This document shows positions 8,523 to 17,003 of a stretch of 64,000 bases of DNA, piece after piece. Each line of letters starts with the position of its first letter. Positions within the stretch are counted from its first letter, which is position 1. The position numbers and the translations under genes are program-made. This stretch comes from Anaerolineales bacterium (GTDB lineage Bacteria; Chloroflexota; Anaerolineae; Anaerolineales; UBA4823), in assembly GCA_025057645.1 (NCBI GenBank), contig JANXBJ010000003.1:111023-175022 (forward strand). Reading direction: 5' to 3'. The notes beneath the pieces were generated by a model. It did not search any database and had not been told where the DNA came from. It worked only from the letters and a program-made list of their open reading frames with translations.

Positions 8523-11168
8523 ATGAAAGAACCGTTTCTCTTTTCTGAACTCCATTTCATCCACCAACTTTTTCAGGAAGGGGGCTTTGGGGGATCCTTT
8601 CCTGGGGAAGAGCGCGTAGCGAGGGCCTTCGATACCCTTGCAGATCTTGTTCTTGTCGTGGATAGAGAGGCAGTGATCCGTTATGCCAACCAGGCCGCTG
8701 CACGACGCTTTGCCAGAACGCCGGATCAGCTCGTGGGGAGAGAGTTGTTTGAGCTCTTTCCCTTTCCAAAGGCTAAGGCCCGCTGGCAAGTCGTCCTGAA
8801 AGCCGTGCATCGGTATGGGGTTTTCTCCTTCATCGATAGCCACAACAGTCGCTATGCTCTGACCCATGTCCTGCCTATTCACAGGGGTGCGGCAACCGAA
8901 AGTTATTACTTGCTCTATGCCCTCGAAGGGCATCAATCCGCTTCTGTTCCCCTCTTACCCGAATTGGTGACAGGAGTTCAACTCTCTCTCGGCGAAACTC
9001 CCCCAGCACCGCAGGAATTCCCTGGAAACTTTTCGTTAGAGCGCTCCTTGCGCATCTCTCTCGCTTTGGCCCATGCTGCAACTGGTGCCAGCCTTGCCGA
9101 GGACTTACAAGCAGCCTTGAACGTTGTGTGTGCTCAAGCCTGTCAAGCCCTGCAAGCTCCGGTTGCGGTGATCAGGCTATATAACCCCTATCAGGATCAA
9201 CTAGAGCTTGCCGGCTCCCATGGCCTGTCAGAGGAACATATGGCTAAGTATCATGCTCTCCCCTATGCTCCGCTCGCTGACTTAGCCTCGGAGACGGCAC
9301 CGAGAGTTTTCGTTGTTGACCTTGACCAGAGTCCTCCCACGCCTGCCGATGAACTGCCTTACCGCTCCGAACTCAGGGCCGCCGTGGTAGGCAATATCGT
9401 GCGTCGAGACCGCTTTTTAGGGGTCTTGGTTATCCTTGTTCCCAAATCCTGCTCAACTTTTGCGAAGGAGGACCTGCTCTTTGTCCAAGCTCTAGCAGAA
9501 CAAGCCTCGATCTCGATCGAACGCTTTCAGCTTATGGAAGTTCAAGAGAAACGCACTAGGGAACTGGAGAGCCTTGTTCGGATAGCGGTGGCGCTCAGAG
9601 GAGCGCTGAACAAGAAAGAGGCTATGATGGCTCTGGTGGATGCCCTAGATAAAGAGCATATGACTAAGTTGGCCGCAACCTACTTATTAGAGGGGGATCG
9701 TTATAAGTTGCTTTTGAGCCGCGGATGGGGTTGGACTCTGCCGACCCAGCTGACAGTGCCCGATCATCCTCTTTGGCGAGCCGGCAAGCCTCTCTTCTTT
9801 CGGCAGCTTACCGATTCCGAGAATTTGCTCCGAGCGGGGAACTATGAGTTTAGCCCTTTTGAGGAGGTATCCGGAGTCGCTATTCCAATGCATACTCCTT
9901 CGGCAACCGCCGGGTTGCTTCTGCTCGGTTTCTCGAGCCCGCTTCATCTATCCGATGAAGATCGACACCATCTTCACCTTCTTCAGGAAATTAGTGATGC
10001 AGCCCTGCACCGCGCCGATGCCCTTGAGCATCTCGAACAACTGGTCCTCGAGCGCACAAGGGAGCTTGCCATCCTCTATGACGTAACCACCCTCCTCAAT
10101 GCTCCGACAGACTTGAGAGAGGCAGTCGATCAGGTATTGGAGCATATTCTCTCCATAACTCAGGCGGATTTCGTGGCTGTTCATCTTTTTGACCCATCTC
10201 AAAATAGGTTATGCCTGTTTGCAGACAAGGGCTCCTCCCCCAGTGGAGATGGTCTCACTCTGGACGGACGGAGCGGGGAAGCTCCTTGGGACACGGTGTT
10301 TGCACAGAATGCTGCTCTTTTCCTTGTCTCGCTCGAGGATGAAATAACCGGGATAGCTCTCGGCAAGCGTGATAGCTACTATGGCTTGCCGATTCGCAGT
10401 CGCGGGGACGTGCTTGGTGTCCTCAGTCTTTTCTATAATAAAGAGCGGACCTTCTCCCTAAACGAGCAGGTGCTCCTCACGGCGATCGCCGATCAACTGG
10501 GACTGACCATTGAGCGTGCGAGGTTAATCGAACAAGGCGAGGAAATTGCTAAACTAGAGGAGAGACAACGCTTGGCGCGCGAATTGCACGATGCCCTGAC
10601 TCAATCCCTTTACAGCATGACCTTGTTGACCTCCGGTTACAAGCGCTCTCTAAACCATGCCACTCTAGAAGAAATTCACCGGTGGATGGATGAGCTGAAC
10701 GAGGTTGCACAGAACGCCCTTGCTGAATTGCGCCTGCTACTATATGAGCTTAGGCCAACAGCCTTGGAGCAGGATGGATTACATGGGGCGTTGAAGCGTC
10801 GTCTTGAGGCAGTGGAGAAGCGAGCGGGAATCCGCGCCGTGTTAGAAGTCCAAGGTAGTTTTCGCTTGCCCCCAGAAGATGAAGAACATTTCTACCGCAT
10901 TGCCCAAGAAGCGCTCAATAACGCCTTGCACCATGCTCACCATCGCTCGATCTTAGTGCGCATCAAGTCGACCCCGGCTCGTTTCGAGATGTTTATTGAA
11001 GATGATGGGAAGGGGTTTGACCTCAATCAGGTGGTTCAACAAAACCAATCCTCGGGGTTGACCAACATGTTTACGCGCGCCAGGCAGATTCGCGCCCAGC
11101 TTTCCATTAACTCCAGCCCTGGCCGGGGCACAACACTGCTCGTTACTAAGGATTATAGCCATGAGTGA
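8523..11168 (+). CDS. Cytoplasmic PAS / multi-GAF sensor histidine kinase (HisKA_3)
   Basis: EERQRLARELHDALTQ H-box, QEALNNALHH N-box, DDGKGFD; repeated GAF-like segments and no obvious transmembrane helix. Confidence 0.9.
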   Translation: MKEPFLFSELHFIHQLFQEGGFGGSFPGEERVARAFDTLADLVLVVDREAVIRYANQAAARRFARTPDQLVGRELFELFPFPKAKARWQVVLKAVHRYGVFSFIDSHNSRYALTHVLPIHRGAATESYYLLYALEGHQSASVPLLPELVTGVQLSLGETPPAPQEFPGNFSLERSLRISLALAHAATGASLAEDLQAALNVVCAQACQALQAPVAVIRLYNPYQDQLELAGSHGLSEEHMAKYHALPYAPLADLASETAPRVFVVDLDQSPPTPADELPYRSELRAAVVGNIVRRDRFLGVLVILVPKSCSTFAKEDLLFVQALAEQASISIERFQLMEVQEKRTRELESLVRIAVALRGALNKKEAMMALVDALDKEHMTKLAATYLLEGDRYKLLLSRGWGWTLPTQLTVPDHPLWRAGKPLFFRQLTDSENLLRAGNYEFSPFEEVSGVAIPMHTPSATAGLLLLGFSSPLHLSDEDRHHLHLLQEISDAALHRADALEHLEQLVLERTRELAILYDVTTLLNAPTDLREAVDQVLEHILSITQADFVAVHLFDPSQNRLCLFADKGSSPSGDGLTLDGRSGEAPWDTVFAQNAALFLVSLEDEITGIALGKRDSYYGLPIRSRGDVLGVLSLFYNKERTFSLNEQVLLTAIADQLGLTIERARLIEQGEEIAKLEERQRLARELHDALTQSLYSMTLLTSGYKRSLNHATLEEIHRWMDELNEVAQNALAELRLLLYELRPTALEQDGLHGALKRRLEAVEKRAGIRAVLEVQGSFRLPPEDEEHFYRIAQEALNNALHHAHHRSILVRIKSTPARFEMFIEDDGKGFDLNQVVQQNQSSGLTNMFTRARQIRAQLSINSSPGRGTTLLVTKDYSHE

Positions 11169-11835
11169 TCCGATCACCGTTTTGGTTGTCGACGACCATC
11201 CAATCGTCCGCAAAGGGCTGCGTACTCTGTTGCTGAGCGAGGCTGACATTCAGACGGTTTACGAGGCTGAGAATGGCCTTCAGGCCATTCAAATTTTGCA
11301 GCAACATCGGCCAACCGTTATCTTGATGGACTTGGTTATGTCGCCGATGAGTGGGGTGGAGGCGATTGCTCGCATCAAGGCGATTCAGCCCTCGGCGCGG
11401 ATTCTCGTTCTCACCGCCTATGCAGAGGATGATAAAGTCTTCCCGGCGATCAAAGCCGGCGCTTCAGGGTATGTGCTTAAGGATATTCCCCCTGAAGAGC
11501 TTATCCAAGCGATTCGCGATGTTGCAAACGGGCAGTGCTTCCTCCATCCAACCATTGCTGCGCGCTTGATGCGCGAGATCACCCAAGTCAGTATGCCCGT
11601 CGAGGACAGTGAACCGCTAACCGAGCGAGAAGTGGAAGTGCTGCGCTGGATTGCACGTGGATTGAGCAACCAGGAGATCGCTGCTCGACTGCATGTTTCA
11701 GAACGCACAATTACCACCCATATCAGTAATATTTTGGATAAACTTCACCTTGCCAATCGAACCCAAGCTACGCTTTACGCCTTGCGCAAGGGAATTGCCA
11801 GCCTTTACGAGGACGAAGACACCTTTTCTACGTAA
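11161..11835 (+). CDS. NarL/LuxR-family response regulator
   Basis: VVDDHPIVR receiver domain, LTEREVEVL...GLSNQEIA HTH; overlaps the kinase stop. Confidence 0.95.
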   Translation: MSDPITVLVVDDHPIVRKGLRTLLLSEADIQTVYEAENGLQAIQILQQHRPTVILMDLVMSPMSGVEAIARIKAIQPSARILVLTAYAEDDKVFPAIKAGASGYVLKDIPPEELIQAIRDVANGQCFLHPTIAARLMREITQVSMPVEDSEPLTEREVEVLRWIARGLSNQEIAARLHVSERTITTHISNILDKLHLANRTQATLYALRKGIASLYEDEDTFST

Positions 11836-11895
11836 AAATACGTAGCAAAAATCCTACGAACCTCTGATGCACTGTTGAGGTCTCTTCGTTATACT
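11828..11895 (+). promoter_or_regulatory. Palindromic putative response-regulator site plus promoter
   Basis: Perfect inverted repeat CTACGTA-AAAA-TACGTAG (11828-11845), a second CTACGAA half-site at 11854, and TATACT -10 at 11890-11895. Confidence 0.55.
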
Positions 11896-12189
11896 GGTTT
11901 ACGAGTAGGATTTACAACAAAGCGGGGTTTCTAGAGTGCTCATCTAGAATGCTTCGCAGATCGCATTGGGGTGCTGATAGGGGAGCGATCTAGGCCGGTG
12001 GAGCGGCAAGACAGGGTGCCGCTCCATCAGCCTTAAAAGGGCCGCCCTGTTTCTCAGCCGAACTTCGGCACTCCGCCATACCGAGGACGCTTATCCGTTT
12101 CCAGTTCTCCTAGTACAGAGCGGGGAAAGTCGACCCTATACTTTGTTTCATTACTCGTGGTATACTTATAGCAAACCCCTGAGCTTGCT

Positions 12190-12435
12190 GAAAGACTGTG
12201 AAGAGGAAGAGTACCTGCAGCGCTGTCGGTACAGAGAGCGGTTGAAGCTGAGAAAGCCGCCCGAACGGTTGCAGGGAATGGGCCTCTGAGTTGCGCAGCG
12301 AACGATGGTGTAAGTAGCTGTCGCCGGTGGTGTCGCCGTTATCCGGACACGGGCATCCGAAGGCCGGTGGCCTGAAGCGATGCTCCGCGCCGTGAGGCTG
12401 GCTTGTTTCCCCGTCGGATCACCGGCGGGTTTTTG
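12190..12435 (+). promoter_or_regulatory. Trp-specific T-box leader with a non-canonical antiterminator
   Basis: Stem I with GA motif, AGTA, AGAGAG and GCTGAGA loops; specifier GAA-TGG-G (TGG at 12279-12281); stem II AGTA; CCGTTA; terminator CCCGTCGG-ATCA-CCGGCGGG-TTTTT. Promoter TGgTATACT at 12158-12166. No TGGNACC bulge is present. Confidence 0.8.
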
Positions 12436-12469
12436 ATTAAGCTTTGATCGGAATCGAGGAGGTTGAGCC

Positions 12470-12715
12470 ATGATGAGGGTCGAAATTGTTTATTGCGCTG
12501 TCTGACACTACACCGATCGCGCCATTGGTGCAATGGCAGAAATCTTGCGTGAATTCGAATCGGAAATCGAGTCTATTGCTCTGGTTCCTTCTGATGGAGG
12601 ACGGTTTGAGGTAAGCGTCAATGGAAAGCTGATCTATTCCAAGCTCCAGACCGGCCGTCACGTCAATCCTGGGGAGTTGCTCCAGCTCATTCGAACCTAT
12701 CGTAAGGAGGCTTAA
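12470..12715 (+). CDS. Rdx (SelW/SelT-like) selenoprotein, 81 aa, CxxU motif
   Basis: GAGGAGG RBS then MMRVEIVYCAV-U(TGA 12503)-HYTDRA..., in frame with the track ORF at 12533 that carries GGRFEVSVNGKLIYSK; SECIS-like hairpin at 12521-12537. Confidence 0.88.
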
Positions 12716-13704
12716 TGAGTACGAAGAAAGGACGCGTCTTTTCCGGAGCTCGACCGACCGGTCGACAACACTTGGGGAATTACCTAGGGGCTATCAGGAA
12801 TTACGTCGCCTTGCAGGACGAGTACGAGTGCATCTACTGCATTGTCGATCTTCACGCTCTGACCACGCTGGAGACCACCGAGGATCTGCGCCAAAACTGT
12901 TACGAAATGGCTTTAGATTTCCTGGCTGCCGGAATCCGGCCGGAGGAAACGATCGTCTTCATTCAATCCCAAGTGCCCCAAGTGACCGAATTGCACACGA
13001 TCCTTTCGATGGTGACACCCTTAGGGAAGCTAACTGATCTGCCGACCTTTAAGGAGAAGGCTCGTCAGCAGCCCCACAACGTCAATTATGGCCTGGTCGG
13101 TTATCCGGTCTTGATGACTGCGGATATCACCCTGTATAAGGCCAATGTGGTGCCGGTCGGCATCGACCAGGCCCCGCACTTGGAGTTCGCTCGAGAAGTG
13201 GTCCGCTCTTTCAATTACCGCTTCAAGACCAATGTGCTCATCGAGCCGGAAATGAGGAGTACCGAGGTGCCCAAGGTGCTCGGCATTGACGGTGTGCAGA
13301 AGATGAGCAAGAGTCTCAATAACCATATAGAACTGGCTGCTACACCCGAAGAGACTCTGCAAAGGGTGATGCAAATGGTAACCGATCCGCAACGTCAACG
13401 GCGCACCGATCCCGGTCGTCCTGAGGTGTGTAATGTCTTCACCTTTCACAAGGTCTTTTCGCCCCCCGAAATGGTAGCCGAGATTGACATAGAATGCCGC
13501 CGAGCGGGCATCGGCTGCGTGGAGTGCAAACAGCGCATGGCGGCTAATCTAAACCAGCACCTCGAACCCTTCCGGCAACGGCGCAGCGAATACGCACGCG
13601 ACCCCGACTATGTGTGGGACGTATTAAGGGAGGGACGAGAACGGGCAGCTAAGATCGCCCGTCAGACCATGATCGAAGTGCGCCAGGCGGTTGGGTTACC
13701 CTAA
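12715..13704 (+). CDS. trpS: Tryptophan--tRNA ligase
   Basis: SGARPTGRQHLGNY (HIGH), YPVLMTADI, KMSKS. Confidence 0.97.
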   Translation: MSTKKGRVFSGARPTGRQHLGNYLGAIRNYVALQDEYECIYCIVDLHALTTLETTEDLRQNCYEMALDFLAAGIRPEETIVFIQSQVPQVTELHTILSMVTPLGKLTDLPTFKEKARQQPHNVNYGLVGYPVLMTADITLYKANVVPVGIDQAPHLEFAREVVRSFNYRFKTNVLIEPEMRSTEVPKVLGIDGVQKMSKSLNNHIELAATPEETLQRVMQMVTDPQRQRRTDPGRPEVCNVFTFHKVFSPPEMVAEIDIECRRAGIGCVECKQRMAANLNQHLEPFRQRRSEYARDPDYVWDVLREGRERAAKIARQTMIEVRQAVGLP

Positions 13705-13730
13705 ACTTGGCCAAAGGTTAAGCTCTTTCT

Positions 13731-14168
13731 ATGCGCCTTGTCCTTCAGCGCGTTCGAAGAGGCAGCGTTTCCGTAGATGGAGAAAAGATTGCCGAAATTG
13801 GGCCGGGGTTGGTCATCCTTATCGGCGTGGGTCTGAACGATAGGGAGGAAACTGCGCGTGCTCTCGCCGAGAAAACGGCATATTTGCGCATCTTCGAAGA
13901 CCAAAACGGCAAAATGAATCTCTCCCTTTTGGACGTAGCGGGAGAAGCCCTTGTGGTTTCTCAATTCACCTTGTATGCAGATGCTCGGAAGGGGCGACGT
14001 CCTTCCTTTACCGATGCAGCTTTGCCCGAGCAGGCCAAACCGCTCATCGAATGTTTCGTTCGCCATCTTCAAGGATTAGGCGTGCCGACCCAATGTGGTC
14101 AATTCGGAGCCCATATGCTTGTTTCCATTGAAAATGACGGTCCGGTGACCATCCTTCTGGAGCAATGA
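13731..14168 (+). CDS. dtd: D-aminoacyl-tRNA deacylase
   Basis: VVSQFTL, KGRRPSF, NDGPVT. Confidence 0.96.
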   Translation: MRLVLQRVRRGSVSVDGEKIAEIGPGLVILIGVGLNDREETARALAEKTAYLRIFEDQNGKMNLSLLDVAGEALVVSQFTLYADARKGRRPSFTDAALPEQAKPLIECFVRHLQGLGVPTQCGQFGAHMLVSIENDGPVTILLEQ

Positions 14169-14193
14169 CCGGCTGTTAGCTGTTAGAGATAAG

Positions 14194-15423
14194 ATGAGCC
14201 CATTTCTCCAACTTACATTTGCCCTAGCAATGATCATTGCTCTGGCAAAGCTGGGCAGCTATCTCAGCTTTCGCCTCGGTCACCCTGCCGTCCTAGGTGA
14301 GTTGCTTGTAGGGGTTCTGCTTGGTCCCTCTATCCTCGATTTTCTTCACCTCTCTATTTTTACCGACCAGCATCTGCAAGAAGTAATCCAAGAGCTGGCC
14401 GAGCTGGGGGTAATGTTGCTGATGTTTCTTGCCGGACTCGAGCTGCATATTTCAGAGCTGCTCAAGTCCAGCAAGGTGGCGATCTTGGCCGGTGTTCTGG
14501 GGGTGCTTTTCCCGCTTGCTCTGGGCGCCGGAGGAGGGGTCCTTTTTGCACTCACCCCAAAGAATGCTCTTTTTCTCGGCTTAACCTTGGCTGCGACAAG
14601 CGTAAGCATCTCGGCTCAAACTTTGATCGAGCTTAATCGTTTACGTTCGAAGATCGGCTTTGGTTTACTGGGAGCAGCCGTCTTCGATGATATCCTAGTC
14701 GTATTGGGGCTCTCGGTTTTCACCGCGCTTGCGATGCCTGAGCTCGGGGAGCGTTCTGGGTTCACGATGATCCTGATTGTGCTGCTTCGCATGGTGATTT
14801 TCCTCTTCCTCTCTTCGGCGATCGGTTACTTTTTGTTTCCTCCTATGGCTTTGAAAATTTTCTCTCTTGAGATCAGTCAGGGACTGATTTCGTTTGTTTT
14901 TGTCACCATCCTTCTCTTCGGCTGGCTTGCGGATGTGCTCGGCAAGATGGCTGCAATTACGGGAGCTTTTCTAGCCGGGCTATGGTTCGCTCGCACGGCG
15001 TTGAAAGAGCGCATCTTGTCAGGCATCTCTACGATTGCCTATGGGGTTTTCGTCCCGATCTTTTTTGTTGATGTAGGTCTAAACGCTAACGTCAGAAGCC
15101 TTTTTGGAGGCGATTTCTGGTTGTTTCTCGGCTTATTTTTGATCGCCGTGGTGGGCAAAGTGTTGGGTGTCGCTCTCGGAGCACTGCTGAGCGGGGACTA
15201 CAGTCCGCTTGAGGCGCTGGAATTGGGAGTTGGAATGATGTCGCGCGGTGAGGTCGGCCTTATTGTCGCTAGCGTAGGCATTTCAGAAGGATTCTTGACC
15301 GCGGCTTCTTTTTCTGCTATCGTTGGGGTGGTAGTGGCGACCACCCTTTTGACCCCTCCGCTATTACGATATCTCGTGCAGCGTGAACCCGGGCGAGCGA
15401 GAGTGTTTGCAGAAGGTGAATGA
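14194..15423 (+). CDS. CPA2 cation:proton antiporter without a C-terminal RCK domain
   Basis: GELLVGVLLGP, ATSVSI, GAAVFDD, GMMSRGEVGL; many transmembrane segments. Confidence 0.9.
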   Translation: MSPFLQLTFALAMIIALAKLGSYLSFRLGHPAVLGELLVGVLLGPSILDFLHLSIFTDQHLQEVIQELAELGVMLLMFLAGLELHISELLKSSKVAILAGVLGVLFPLALGAGGGVLFALTPKNALFLGLTLAATSVSISAQTLIELNRLRSKIGFGLLGAAVFDDILVVLGLSVFTALAMPELGERSGFTMILIVLLRMVIFLFLSSAIGYFLFPPMALKIFSLEISQGLISFVFVTILLFGWLADVLGKMAAITGAFLAGLWFARTALKERILSGISTIAYGVFVPIFFVDVGLNANVRSLFGGDFWLFLGLFLIAVVGKVLGVALGALLSGDYSPLEALELGVGMMSRGEVGLIVASVGISEGFLTAASFSAIVGVVVATTLLTPPLLRYLVQREPGRARVFAEGE

Positions 15424-15776
15424 GAATGTACTACCTGGTCCTTCTCATTGTCAATAACCCCGAACAGGTTCCTAAAGTCCTTCTTCGGTGGGAAGAGTTA
15501 GGTGTCACAGGTATTACGATTTTGGAGAGCACAGGGCACGGGAAGCTAAGACGGGCGGGGCTTCTAGAGAACTTTCCCTTGTTGGTCTCTATCGAGTCCC
15601 TTGAGGAAATGCAGGAGATTCATCATCGCACCCTTCTTTCAGTGGTTGACAGCGAAGAGCTGGTTGAAAGGATGATCTCAACGGTTCAAGAAGCGATCGG
15701 TGATTTAGAGAGAGAGCACAGCGGCCTTTTGTTTGTCTTGCCGGTTCTGAGAGCTATTGGCATCTGCAAAGACTAG
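15420..15776 (+). CDS. PII-like (GlnB-fold) protein
   Basis: GVTGITILESTGHG and C-terminal SGLLFVLPV resemble PII-superfamily motifs; ATGA overlap with the antiporter. Confidence 0.7.
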   Translation: MRMYYLVLLIVNNPEQVPKVLLRWEELGVTGITILESTGHGKLRRAGLLENFPLLVSIESLEEMQEIHHRTLLSVVDSEELVERMISTVQEAIGDLEREHSGLLFVLPVLRAIGICKD

Positions 15777-15825
15777 AAAATATAGCTAGTAAAACCTTAT
15801 TACAAACTACGGAGGCAAGCAGATC

Positions 15826-16899
15826 ATGAACGTTGCAGTCGTTTTACAAGGGATTGTGGGAATCCTATGGCTGTTGATGGCCGCTCTGATCGTACTAGCG
15901 GTTGTGCGCGCTTCACGCGGTAGGAGGGTCTCTAGCCTGGTTACTGCTATCCTGATCACAGCCATTTCGGCCATCCTATTGACCTCGGTTAGCGCCGGCC
16001 TGGTCTTTATCAAGCCCGAAGAGCGAGGGGTTGTGATTTCCGCTCTTCAACCCAAGGGCTATCGCGAAAAAGCGTTGGAGCCGGGTCTGCGTTGGGTCAT
16101 CCCTTACTTTGAGAGTGTGGTGGTCTATTCAATTGCCCGCCAGACCTATACTATGTCAATTGCTCCTCTCGAAGGCGAGGTGAGAGGCGATGACTCGGTT
16201 GCCGCTCGCACAGCAGACGGTCAAGAGGTGTTTTTAGACGCTTCGGTGATTTTTCAGCCGGATCCTGAACAGATTATTCAACTTCATATCAATTGGCAAC
16301 GACGCTACGCCGACGAACTAGTTCGCCCTCTTGCAAGAGGGATCATCCGCGATGTGGTGGCAAAGTATCGCGTTGAGGAAGTCTACAGTACCCGTCGCTC
16401 TGAAATCACTCAAGAAATTGCCGAAACCATGCGCCGCAAGTTGGCTGAGAATGGCTTGTTGCTTGTGGATTTTGTCCTCAGGAACATCACCTTCTCTCCG
16501 GAGTATGCCAAATCGGTCGAAGAGAAACAAATTGCCGAGCAGCAAGCGCAGCGAGCTCGCTTCGTGGTAGAACAAAAGAGGCAAGAAGCACAGCAAGCTA
16601 TCGAAACCGCACGCGGTCAAGCTGAATCGGCGCGCATTCGTGCCCAAGGCGAAGCCGATGCGCGTCTTATCCAAGCTAGGGCCGAAGCGGAGGCTCTGCG
16701 CTTGATTGCTCAGGCTCTGCAGGAGAATCCGGATTTGCTCACCTATCAATACATTACGAAGTTGGCTCCGAACATTCAGGTGATGTTGGTGCCGAACAAC
16801 ATGCCCTACCTGCTGCCTTTGCCATCCATGGGGTCTTCTCCTGTGATCACCACGACCCTTCCAACGGCCATAGTGCCCACACCGACAGCCACCCCGTAG
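15826..16899 (+). CDS. SPFH / prohibitin-family membrane protein
   Basis: N-terminal transmembrane helices, LEPGLRWVIPY, LRNITFSPEYAKSVEEKQIA, Ala/Glu-rich coiled coil. Confidence 0.9.
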   Translation: MNVAVVLQGIVGILWLLMAALIVLAVVRASRGRRVSSLVTAILITAISAILLTSVSAGLVFIKPEERGVVISALQPKGYREKALEPGLRWVIPYFESVVVYSIARQTYTMSIAPLEGEVRGDDSVAARTADGQEVFLDASVIFQPDPEQIIQLHINWQRRYADELVRPLARGIIRDVVAKYRVEEVYSTRRSEITQEIAETMRRKLAENGLLLVDFVLRNITFSPEYAKSVEEKQIAEQQAQRARFVVEQKRQEAQQAIETARGQAESARIRAQGEADARLIQARAEAEALRLIAQALQENPDLLTYQYITKLAPNIQVMLVPNNMPYLLPLPSMGSSPVITTTLPTAIVPTPTATP

Positions 16900-17003
16900 T
16901 TAGGGTGGTAGGGGGCTGGGAACAAATTTCTTAGCGAATACCGTTGGCAGTGGTTTCTGGTGAGAAAGAGCTATATAGTCGCAGATCGGGAGCGAAGAGC
17001 GCA

